This document shows, piece after piece, positions 52,164-64,000 of a stretch of DNA of 64,000 nucleotides. The stretch is from Eledone cirrhosa (lineage: Eukaryota): contig OZ024743.1 in NCBI GenBank assembly GCA_964016885.1, forward strand, positions 247,442,001-247,506,000, written 5' to 3'. The position numbers were made by a program, and so were the translations under genes. Within the stretch, counting starts at the first letter, position 1. Every line of letters starts with the position of its first letter. The notes beneath the pieces are model-generated. The model worked only from the letters and a program-made list of their open reading frames with translations, was not told the DNA's origin and searched no databases.

Positions 52164-55100
52164 ATTCACGCCACACATAGCCAATGAGTGTGTGCACATG
52201 TACCAGTAATTACAGATCGATCCGACCACGGGCGGCCGGCCCGCGATTGAAAAGGTAACTCCGCCGGCAAATCGTCATTTTTGGATTCGTTTTCTTCGAA
52301 GCACACCATTCGCCGGCGGACTTTGTTGACGTTTAACACGGTTTGGTTCCACAGCCACAACTATTGATTTTACGGAGATATCTTGCTGAACTTCACGTCA
52401 CACATAGCCAATGAGTGTCTGCACAGGTACCAGTAATTACAGATCGATCCGCCCACGGGCGGCCGGCCCACGATCGAAAAGGTAACTCCGCTGGCAAATC
52501 CGCATTTTTGTGATTCGTTTCTTCGAAGCACATTATTCGCCGGCGGACTTCAGCTTCCACATTTAGCATGGGCAGTTTTTCTTGAAGATCACACCACACA
52601 CAGCCAATGAATGTTTGCACAGGTACCACTAATTACAGATCGATCCGACCCCGGGCGGCCGGCCCGCGATTGAAAAGGTAACTCCGCCGGCAAATCGTCA
52701 TTTTTGTGATCCGTTTTCTTCGAAGCACACCATTCGCCGCCGGACTTCAGCTGCCTCATTTAGCATGGGCAGTTTTTTTGAAAATCACACCACACACAAC
52801 CAATGTGTGTCTGCACATGTACCAGTAATTACAGATCGATCCGACCACGGGCGGCCGGCCCGCGATTGAAAAGGTAACTCCGCCGGCAAATCGTCATTTT
52901 TGTGATCCGTTTTCTTCGAAGCACACCATTCGCCGCCGGACTTCAATTGCCTCATTTAGCATGGGCAGTTTTTTTTGAAAATCACACCACACACAACCAA
53001 TGTGTGTCTGCACATGTACCAGTAATTACAGATCGATCCGACCATGGGCGGCCGGCCCGCGATTGAAAAGGTAACTCCGCCGGCAAATCGTCATTTTTGG
53101 ATTCGTTTTCTTGGAAGCACACCATTCGCCGGCGGACTTTGTTGACGTTTAACACGGTTTGGTTCCACAGCCACAACTATTGATTTTACGGAGATATCTT
53201 GCTGAAATTCACGCCACACATAGCCAATGAGTGTCTGCACATATACCAGTAATTACAGATCGATCCGACCACGGGCGGCCGGCCCGCGATTGAAAAGGTA
53301 ACTCCGCCGGCAAATCGTCATTTTTGGATTCGTTTTCTTCGAAGCACACCATTCGCCGGCGGACTTTGTTGACGTTTAACACGGTTTGGTTCCACAGCCA
53401 CAACTATTGATTTTACGGAGATATCTTGCTGAACTTCACGTCACACATAGCCAATGAGTGTCTGCACAGGTACCAGTAATTACAGATCGATCCGCCCCCG
53501 GGCGGCCGGCCCACGATCGAAAAGGTAACTCCGCTGGCAAATCCGCATTTTTGTGATTCGTTTCTTCGAAGCACATTATTCGCCGGCGGACTTCAGCTTC
53601 CACATTTAGCATGGGCAGTTTTTCTTGAAGATCACACCACACACAACCAATGTGTGTCTGCACATGTACCAGTAATTACAGATCGATCCGACCACGGGCG
53701 GCCGGCCCGCGATTGAAAAGGTAACTCCGCCGGCAAATCGTCATTTTTGTGATCCGTTTTCTTCGAAGCACACCATTCGCCGCCGGACTTCAGCTGCCTC
53801 ATTTAGCATGGGCAGTTTTTTTGAAAATCACACCACACACAACCAATGTGTGTCTGCACATGTACCAGTAATTACAGATCGATCCGACCACGGGCGGCCG
53901 GCCCGGGATTGAAAAGGTAACTCCGCCGGCAAATCGTCATTTTTGGATTCGTTTTCTTCGAAGCACACCATTCGCCGGCGGGCTTTGTTGACGTTTAACA
54001 CGGTTTGGTTCCACAGCCACAACTATTGATTTTAAGGAGATATTTTGCTGAAATTCACGCCACACATAGCCAATGAGTGTCTGCACAGGTACCAGTAATT
54101 ACAGATCGATCCGACCACGGGCGGCCGGCCCACGATCGAAAAGGAAACTCCGCTGGCAAATCCGCATTTTTGTGATTCGTTTCTTCGAAGCACATTATTC
54201 GCCGGCGGACTTCAGCTTCCTCATTTAGCATGGGCAGTTTTTCTTGAAGATCACACCACACACAGCCAATGAATGTTTGCACAGGTACCAGTAATTACAG
54301 ATCGATCCGACCCCGGGCGGCCGCCCCGCGATTGAAAAGGTAACTCCGCCGGCAAATCGTCATTTTTGTGATCCGTTTTCTTCGAAGCACACCATTCGCC
54401 GCCGGACTTCAGCTGCCTCATTTAGCATGGGCAGTTTTTTTTGAAAATCACACCACACACAACCAATGTGTGTCTGCACACGTACCAGTAATTACAGATT
54501 GATCCGACCACGGGCGGCCGGCCCGCGATTGAAAAGGTAACTCCGCCGGCAAATCGTCATTTTTGTGATTCGTTTTCTTCGAAGCACACCATTCGCCGCC
54601 GGACTTAAGCTGCCTCATTTATCATGGGCAGTTTTTTTTGAAAATCACACCACACACAACCAATGTGTGTCTGCACATGTACCAGTAATTACAGATCGAT
54701 CCGACCACGGGCGGCCGGCCCGCGATTGAAAAGGTAACTCCGCCGGCAAATCGTCATTTTTGGATTCATTTTCTTCGAAGCACACCATTCGACGGCGGAC
54801 TTTGTTGACGTTTAACACGGTTTGGTTCCACAGCCACAACTATTGATTTCACGGAGATATCTTGCTGAAATTCACGGCACACATAGCCAATGAGTGTCTG
54901 CACGGGTACCAGTAATTACAGATCGATCTGACCTCGGGCGGCCGGCCCACGATCGAAAAGGTAACTCCTCTGGCAAATCCGCATTTTTGTGATTCGTTTT
55001 CTTCGAAGCACACCATTCGCCGCCGGACTTCAGCTGCCTCATTTAGCATGGGCAGTTTTTTTTGAAAATCACACCACACACAACCAATGTGTGTCTGCAC

Positions 55101-58100
55101 ATGTACCAGTAATTACAGATCGATCCGACCCCGGGCGGCCGGCCCGCGATTGAAAAGGTAACTCCGCCGGCAAATCGTCATTTTTGTGATCCGTTTTCTT
55201 CGAAGCACACCATTCGCCGCCGGACTTCAGCTGCCTCATTTAGCATGGGCAGTTTTTTGGAAAATCACACCACACACATCCAATGTGTGTCTGCACATGT
55301 ACCAGTAATTACAGATCGATCCGACCACGGGCGGCCGGCCCGCGATTGAAAAGGTAACTCCGCCGGCAAATCGTCATTTTTGGATTCGTTTTCTTCGAAG
55401 CACACCATTCGCCGGCGGACTTTGTTGACGTTTAACACGGTTTGGTTCCACAGCCACAACTATTGATTTTACGGAGATATCTTGCTGAACTTCACGTCAC
55501 ACATAGCCAATGAGTGTCTGCACAGGTACCAGTAATTACAGATCGATCCGCCCACGGGCGGCCGGCCCACGATCGAAAAGATAACTCCGCTGGCAAATCC
55601 GCATTTTTGTGATTCGTTTCTTCGAAGCACATTATTCGCCGGCGGACTTCAGCTTCCACATTTAGCATGGGCAGTTTTTCTTGAAGATCACACCACACAC
55701 AGCCAATGAATGTTTGCACAGGTACCACTAATTACAGATCGATCCGACCCCGGGCGGCCGGCCCGCGATTGAAAAGGTAACTCCGCCGGCAAATCGTCAT
55801 TTTTGTGATCCGTTTTCTTCGAAGCACACCATTCGCCGCCGGACTTCAGCTGCCTCATTTAGCATGGGCAGTTTTTTTGAAAATCACACCACACACAACC
55901 AATGTGTGTCTGCACATGTACCAGTAATTACAGATCGATCCGACCACGGGCGGCCGGCCCGCGATTGAAAAGGTAACTCCGCCGGCAAATCGTCATTTTT
56001 GTGATCCGTTTTCTTCGAAGCACACCATTCGCCGCCGGACTTCAATTGCCTCATTTAGCATGGGCAGTTTTTTTTGAAAATCACACCACACACAACCAAT
56101 GTGTGTCTGCACATGTACCAGTAATTACAGATCGATCCGACCATGGGCGGCCGGCCCGCGATTGAAAAGGTAACTCCGCCGGCAAATCGTCATTTTTGGA
56201 TTCGTTTTCTTGGAAGCACACCATTCGCCGGCGGACTTTGTTGACGTTTAACACGGTTTGGTTCCACAGCCACAACTATTGATTTTACGGAGATATCTTG
56301 CTGAAATTCACGCCACACATAGCCAATGAGTGTCTGCACATATACCAGTAATTACAGATCGATCCGACCACGGGCGGCCGGCCCGCGATTGAAAAGGTAA
56401 CTCCGCCGGCAAATCGTCATTTTTGGATTCGTTTTCTTCGAAGCACACCATTCGCCGGCGGACTTTGTTGACGTTTAACACGGTTTGGTTCCACAGCCAC
56501 AACTATTGATTTTACGGAGATATCTTGCTGAACTTCACGTCACACATAGCCAATGAGTGTCTGCACAGGTACCAGTAATTACAGATCGATCCGCCCACGG
56601 GCGGCCGGCCCACGATCGAAAAGGTAACTCCGCTGGCAAATCCGCATTTTTGTGATTCGTTTCTTCGAAGCACATTATTCGCCGGCGGACTTCAGCTTCC
56701 ACATTTAGCATGGGCAGTTTTTCTTGAAGATCACACCACACACAACCAATGTGTGTCTGCACATGTACCAGTAATTACAGATCGATCCGACCACGGGCGG
56801 CCGGCCCGCGATTGAAAAGGTAACTCCGCCGGCAAATCGTCATTTTTGTGATCCGTTTTCTTCGAAGCACACCATTCGCCGCCGGACTTCAGCTGCCTCA
56901 TTTAGCATGGGCAGTTTTTTTGAAAATCACACCACACACAACCAATGTGTGTCTGCACATGTACCAGTAATTACAGATCGATCCGACCACGGGCGGCCGG
57001 CCCGCGATTGAAAAGGTAACTCCGCCGGCAAATCGTCATTTTTGTGATCCGTTTTCTTCGAAGCACACCATTCGCCGCCGGACTTCAGCTGCCTCATTTA
57101 GCATGGGCAGTTTTTTTGAAAATCACACCACAAACAACCAATGTGTGTCTGCATATGTACCAGTAATTACAGATCGATCCGACCACGGGCGGCCGGCCCG
57201 CGATTGAAAAGGTAACTCCGCCGGCAAATCGTCATTTTTGTGATCCGTTTTCTTCGAAGCACACCATTCGCCGCCGGACTTCAGCTGCCTCATTTAGCAT
57301 GGGCAGTTTTTTTTGAAAATCACACCACACACAACCAATGTGTGTCTGCACATGTACCAGTAATTACAGATCGATCCCACCACGAGTTCAATGTAAACAA
57401 ACTTACGCTCAACGACTTTGTTGACGTTTAACACGGTTTGGTTCCACAGCCACAACTATTGATTTTACGGAGATATCTTGCTGAAATTCACGCCACACAT
57501 AGCCAATGAGTGTCTGCACATGTACCAGTAATTACAGATCGATCCGACCACGGGCGGCCGGCCCGCGATTGAAAAGGTAACTCCGCCGGCAAATCGTCAT
57601 TTTTGGATTCGTTTTCTTCGAAGCACACCATTCGCCGGCGGACTTTGTTGACGTTTAACACGGTTTGGTTCCACAGCCACAACTATTGATTTTACGGAGA
57701 TATCTTGCTGAACTTCACGTCACACATAGCCAATGAGTGTCTGCACAGGTACCAGTAATTACAGATCGATCCGCCCACGGGCGGCCGGCCCACGATCGAA
57801 AAGGTAACTCCGCTGGCAAATCCGCATTTTTGTGATTCGTTTCTTCGAAGCACATTATTCGCCGGCGGACTTCAGCTTCCACATTTAGCATGGGCAGTTT
57901 TTCTTGAAGATCACACCACACACAACCAATGAATGTTTGCACAGGTACCACTAATTACAGATCGATCCGACCCCGGGCGGCCGGCCCGCGATTGAAAAGG
58001 TAACTCCGCCGGCAAATCGTCATTTTTGTGATCCGTTTTCTTCGAAGCACACCATTCGCCGCCGGACTTCAGCTGCCTCATTTAGCATGGGCAGTTTTTT

Positions 58101-60590
58101 TGAAAATCACACCACACACAACCAATGTGTGTCTGCACATGTACCAGTAATTACAGATCGATCCGACCACGGGCGGCCGGCCCGCGATTGAAAAGGTAAC
58201 TCCGCCGGCAAATCGTCATTTTTGTGATCCGTTTTCTTCGAAGCACACCATTCGCCGCCGGACTTCAATTGCCTCATTTAGCATGGGCAGTTTTTTTTGA
58301 AAATCACACCACACACAACCAATGTGTGTCTGCACATGTACCAGTAATTACAGATCGATCCGACCATGGGCGGCCGGCCCGCGATTGAAAAGGTAACTCC
58401 GCCGGCAAATCGTCATTTTTGGATTCGTTTTCTTGGAAGCACACCATTCGCCGGCGGACTTTGTTGACGTTTAACACGGTTTGGTTCCACAGCCACAACT
58501 ATTGATTTTACGGAGATATCTTGCTGAAATTCACGCCACACATAGCCAATGAGTGTCTGCACATATACCAGTAATTACAGATCGATCCGACCACGGGCGG
58601 CCGGCCCGCGATTGAAAAGGTAACTCCGCCGGCAAATCGTCATTTTTGGATTCGTTTTCTTCGAAGCACACCATTCGCCGGCGGACTTTGTTGACGTTTA
58701 ACACGGTTTGGTTCCACAGCCACAACTATTGATTTTACGGAGATATCTTGCTGAACTTCACGTCACACATAGCCAATGAGTGTCTGCACAGGTACCAGTA
58801 ATTACAGATCGATCCGCCCACGGGCGGCCGGCCCAGGATCGAAAAGGTAACTCCGCTGGCAAATCCGCATTTTTGTGATTCGTTTCTTCGAAGCACATTA
58901 TTCGCCGGCGGACTTCAGCTTCCACATTTAGCATGGGCAGTTTTTCTTGAAGATCACACCACACACAACCAATGTGTGTCTGCACATGTACCAGTAATTA
59001 CAGATCGATCCGACCACGGGCGGCCGGCCCGCGATTGAAAAGGTAACTCCGCCGGCAAATCGTCATTTTTGTGATCCGTTTTCTTCGAAGCACACCATTC
59101 GCCGCCGGACTTCAGCTGCCTCATTTAGCATGGGCAGTTTTTTTGAAAATCACACCACACACAACCAATGTGTGTCTGCACATGTACCAGTAATTACAGA
59201 TCGATCCGACCACGGGCGGCCGGCCCGGGATTGAAAAGGTAACTCCGCCGGCAAATCGTCATTTTTGGATTCGTTTTATTCGAAGCACACCATTCGCCGG
59301 CGGGCTTTGTTGACGTTTAACACGGTTTGGTTCCACAGCCACAACTATTGATTTTAAGGAGATATGTTGCTGAAATTCACGCCACACATAGCCAATGAGT
59401 GTCTGCACAGGTACCAGTAATTACAGATCGATCCGACCACGGGCGGCCGGCCCACGATCGAAAAGGAAACTCCGCTGGCAAATCCGCATTTTTGTGATTC
59501 GTTTCTTCGAAGCACATTATTCGCCGGCGGACTTCAGCTTCCTCATTTAGCATGGGCAGTTTTTCTTGAAGATCACACCACACACAGCCAATGAATGTTT
59601 GCACAGGTACCAGTAATTACAGATCGATCCGACCCCGGGCGGCCGCCCCGCGATTGAAAAGGTAACTCCGCCGGCAAATCGTCATTTTTGTGATCCGTTT
59701 TCTTCGAAGCACACCATTCGCCGCCGGACTTCAGCTGCCTCATTTAGCATGGGCAGTTTTTTTTGAAAATCACACCACACACAACCAATGTGTGTCTGCA
59801 CACGTACCAGTAATTACAGATTGATCCGACCACGGGCGGCCGGCCCGCGATTGAAAAGGTAACTCCGCCGGCAAATCGTCATTTTTGTGATTCGTTTTCT
59901 TCGAAGCACACCATTCGCCGCCGGACTTAAGCTGCCTCATTTATCATGGGCAGTTTTTTTTGAAAATCACACCACACACAACCAATGTGTGTCTGCACAT
60001 GTACCAGTAATTACAGATCGATCCGACCACGGGCGGCCGGCCCGCGATTGAAAAGGTAACTCCGCCGGCAAATCGTCATTTTTGGATTCATTTTCTTCGA
60101 AGCACACCATTCGACGGCGGACTTTGTTGACGTTTAACACGGTTTGGTTCCACAGCCACAACTATTGATTTCACGGAGATATCTTGCTGAAATTCACGGC
60201 ACACATAGCCAATGAGTGTCTGCACGGGTACCAGTAATTACAGATCGATCTGACCTCGGGCGGCCGGCCCACGATCGAAAAGGTAACTCCTCTGGCAAAT
60301 CCGCATTTTTGTGATTCGTTTTCTTCGAAGCACACCATTCGCCGCCGGACTTCAGCTGCCTCATTTAGCATGGGCAGTTTTTTTTGAAAATCACACCACA
60401 CACAACCAATGTGTGTCTGCACATGTACCAGTAATTACAGATCGATCCGACCCCGGGCGGCCGGCCCGCGATTGAAAAGGTAACTCCGCCGGCAAATCGT
60501 CATTTTTGTGATCCGTTTTCTTCGAAGCACACCATTCGCCGCCGGACTTCAGCTGCCTCATTTAGCATGGGCAGTTTTTTGGAAAATCAC
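51790..60590 (-). repeat. Duplication with 5322-bp offset (about 51790-55270 repeated at about 57112-60590), with nested 3099- and 2223-bp offsets
   Basis: ORF offsets 51918/57240, 52393/57715, 54645/59967 and 54849/60171 = 5322; 52393/55492 = 3099; 55492/57715 = 2223. Confidence 0.85.
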
Positions 60591-63500
60591 ACCACACACA
60601 ACCAATGTGTGTCTGCACATGTACCAGTAATTACAGATCGATCCGACCACGGGCGGCCGGCCCGCGATTGAAAAGGTAACTCCGCCGGCAAATCGTCATT
60701 TTTGGATTCGTTTTCTTGGAAGCACACCATTCGCCGGCGGACTTTGTTGACGTTTAACACGGTTTGGTTCCACAGCCACAACTATTGATTTTACGGAGAT
60801 ATCTTGCTGAAATTCACGCCACACATAGCCAATGAGTGTCTGCACATATACCAGTAATTACAGATCGATCCGACCACGGGCGGCCGGCCCGCGATTGAAA
60901 AGGTAACTCCGCCGGCAAATCGTCATTTTTGGATTCGTTTTCTTCGAAGCACACCATTCGCCGGCGGACTTTGTTGACGTTTAACACGGTTTGGTTCCAC
61001 AGCCACAACTATTGATTTTACGGAGATATCTTGCTGAACTTCACGTCACACATAGCCAATGAGTGTCTGCACAGGTACCAGTAATTACAGATCGATCCGC
61101 CCACGGGCGGCCGGCCCAGGATCGAAAAGGTAACTCCGCTGGCAAATCCGCATTTTTGTGATTCGTTTCTTCGAAGCACATTATTCGCCGGCGGACTTCA
61201 GCTTCCACATTTAGCATGGGCAGTTTTTCTTGAAGATCACACCACACACAACCAATGTGTGTCTGCACATGTACCAGTAATTACAGATCGATCCGACCAC
61301 GGGCGGCCGGCCCGCGATTGAAAAGGTAACTCCGCCGGCAAATCGTCATTTTTGTGATTCGTTTTCTTCGAAGCACACCATTCGCCGCCGGACTTAAGCT
61401 GCCTCATTTATCATGGGCAGTTTTTTTTGAAAATCACACCACACACAACCAATGTGTGTCTGCACATGTACCAGTAATTACAGATCGATCCGACCACGGG
61501 CGGCCGGCCCGCGATTGAAAAGGTAACTCCGCCGGCAAATCGTCATTTTTGTGATTCGTTTTCTTCGAAGCACACCATTCGCCGCCGGACTTCAGCTGCC
61601 TCATTTAGCATGGGCAGTTTTTTTTGAAAATAACACCACACACAACCAATGTGTGTCTGCACATGTACCAGTAATTACAGATCGATCCCACCACGAGTTC
61701 AATGTAAACAAACTTACGCTCAACGACTTTGTTGACGTTTAACACGGTTTGGTTCCACAGCCACAACTATTGATTTTACGGAGATATCTTGCTGAAATTC
61801 ACGCCACACATAGCCAATGAGTGTCTGCACAGGTACCAGTAATTACAGATCGATCCGCCCACGGGCGGCCGGCCCACGATCGGAAAGGTAACTCCGCTGG
61901 CAAATCCGCATTTTTGTGATTCGTTTCTTCGAAGCACATTATTCGCCGGCGGACTTCAGCTTCCACATTTAGCATGGGCAGTTTTTCTTAAAGATCACAC
62001 CACACACAGCCAATGAATGTTTGCACAGGTACCACTAATTACAGATCGATCCGACCCCGGGCGGCCGGCCCGCGATTGAAAAGGTAACTCCGCCGGCAAA
62101 TCGTCATTTTTGTGATCCGTTTTTTTCGAAGCACACCATTCGCCGCCGGACTTCAGCTGCCTCATTTAGCATGGGCAGTTTTTTTGAAAATCACACCACA
62201 CACAACCAATGTGTGTCTGCACATGTACCAGTAATTACAGATCGATCCGACCACGGGCGGCCGGCCCGCGATTGAAAAGGTAACTCCGCCGGCAAATCGT
62301 CATTTTTGTGATCCGTTTTCTTCGAAGCACACCATTCGCCGCCGGACTTCAATTGCCTCATTTAGCATGGGCAGTTTTTTTTGAAAATCACACCACACAC
62401 AACCAATGTGTGTCTGCACATGTACCAGTAATTACAGATCGATCCGACCATGGGCGGCCGGCCCGCGATTGAAAAGGTAACTCCGCCGGCAAATCGTCAT
62501 TTTTGGATTCGTTTTCTTGGAAGCACACCATTCGCCGGCGGACTTTGTTGACGTTTAACACGGTTTGGTTCCACAGCCACAACTATTGATTTTACGGAGA
62601 TATCTTGCTGAAATTCACGCCACACATAGCCAATGAGTGTCTGCACATGTACCAGTAATTACAGATCGATCCGACCACGGGTGGCCGGCCTGCGATTGAA
62701 AATGTAACTCCGCCGGCAAATCGTCATTTTTGGATTCGTTTTCTTCGAAGCACACCATTCGCCGGCGGACTTTGTTGACGTTTAACACGGTTTGGTTCAA
62801 CAGCCACAACTATTGATTTTACGGAGATATCTTGCTGAAATTCACGCCACACATAGCCAATGAGTGTCTGCACATGTACCAGTAATTACAGATCTATCCG
62901 ACCACGGGCGGCCGGCCCACGATCGAAAAGGTAACTCCGCTGGCAAATCCGCATTTTTGTGATTCGTTTCTTCGAAGCACATTATTCGCCGGCGGACTTC
63001 AGCTTCCTCATTTAGCATGGGCAGTTTTTCTTGAAGATCACACCACACACAGCCAATGAGTGTCTGCACATGTACCAGTAATTACAGATCGATCCGACCC
63101 CGGGCGGCCGGCCCGCGATTGAAAAGGTAACTCCGCCGGCAAATCGTCATTTTTGTGATCCGTTTTCTTCGAAGCACACCATTCGCCGCCGGACTTCAGC
63201 TGCCTCATTTAGCATGGGCAGTTTTTTTGAAAATCACACCACACACATCCAATGTGTGTCTGCACATGTACCAGTAATTGCAGATCGATCCGACCACGGG
63301 CGGCCGGCCCGCGATTGAAAAGGTAACTCCGCCGGCAAATCGTCATTTTTGTGATCCGTTTTCTTCGAAGCACACCATTCGCCGCCGGACTTCAGCTGCC
63401 TCATTTAGCATGGGCAGTTTTTTTTGAAAATCACACCACACACAACCAATGTGTGTCTGCATATGTACCAGTAATTACAGATCGATCCGACCACGGGCGG

Positions 63501-64000
63501 CCGGCCCGCGATTGAAAAGGTAACTCCGCCGGCAAATCGTCATTTTTGTGATTCGTTTTCTTCGAAGCACACCATTCGCCGCCGGACTTCAGCTGCCTCA
63601 TTTAGCATGGGCAGTTTTTTTCGAAAATCACACCACACACAACCAATGTGTGTCTGCACAAGTACCAGTAATTACAGATCGATCCCACCACGAGTTCAAT
63701 GTAAACAAACTTACGCTCAACGACTTTGTTGACGTTTAACACGGTTTGGTTCCACAGCCACAACTATTGATTTTACGGAGATATCTTGCTGAAATTCACG
63801 CCACACATAGCCAATGAGTGTCTGCACATGTACCAGTAATTACAGATCGATCCGACCACGGGCGGCCGGCCCGCGATTGAAAAGGTAACTCCGCCGGCAA
63901 ATCGTCATTTTTGGATTCGTTTTCTTCGAAGCACACCATTCGCCGGCGGACTTTGTTGACGTTTAACACGGTTTGGTTCCACAGCCACAACTATTGATTT

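Larger units (their letters stand above)
44460..64000 (-). repeat. Satellite DNA array, right arm (same family, reverse-complement orientation)
   Basis: All motifs appear as reverse complements (TCTGCACATGTACCAGTAATTACAGATCGATC). The repeated ORFs switch strand after about 44.4 kb. Continues beyond the window end. Confidence 0.98.

Noticed and set aside
10-63990. About 100 short repeated ORFs (MWLWNQ..., MIRFLR..., MQT...)
   Set aside because: They are by-products of the repeat. Many start at TTG/GTG, they appear or vanish with 1-bp homopolymer changes and stops, they cross module junctions, and they show no recognisable domain.
1-64000. CRISPR array or cassette (integron-like) array
   Set aside because: Segments between the constant D module are a few recurring alleles, not unique spacers or cassettes. 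The repeat is too long and no cas or integrase gene is present.

Overview
The whole 64 kb is one complex, GC-balanced tandem-repeat (satellite DNA) array of roughly 320 monomers. It has no unique sequence and no credible genes. Phased at the shared GATCGATCTGTAATTAC motif, monomers are built from five modules: D (about 60 bp, shared by all), then A or B, then C or E. Only three combinations occur: D-A-C (196/197/200 bp), D-B-C (227 bp) and D-B-E (168 bp). These form a 1184-bp six-monomer higher-order repeat (HOR) and larger local duplications (2534, 3330, 792, about 2230, 2223, 3237 and 5322 bp). The array flips orientation at a clean junction at 44460, and the two arms carry different monomer subfamilies. 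Module C contains a 16-bp imperfect inverted repeat enclosing a CENP-B-box-like 17-mer, and CpGs cluster in one half of each monomer. This fits a eukaryotic (peri)centromeric satellite, but that is inference and the organism cannot be identified from the sequence. All counts were made by eye.
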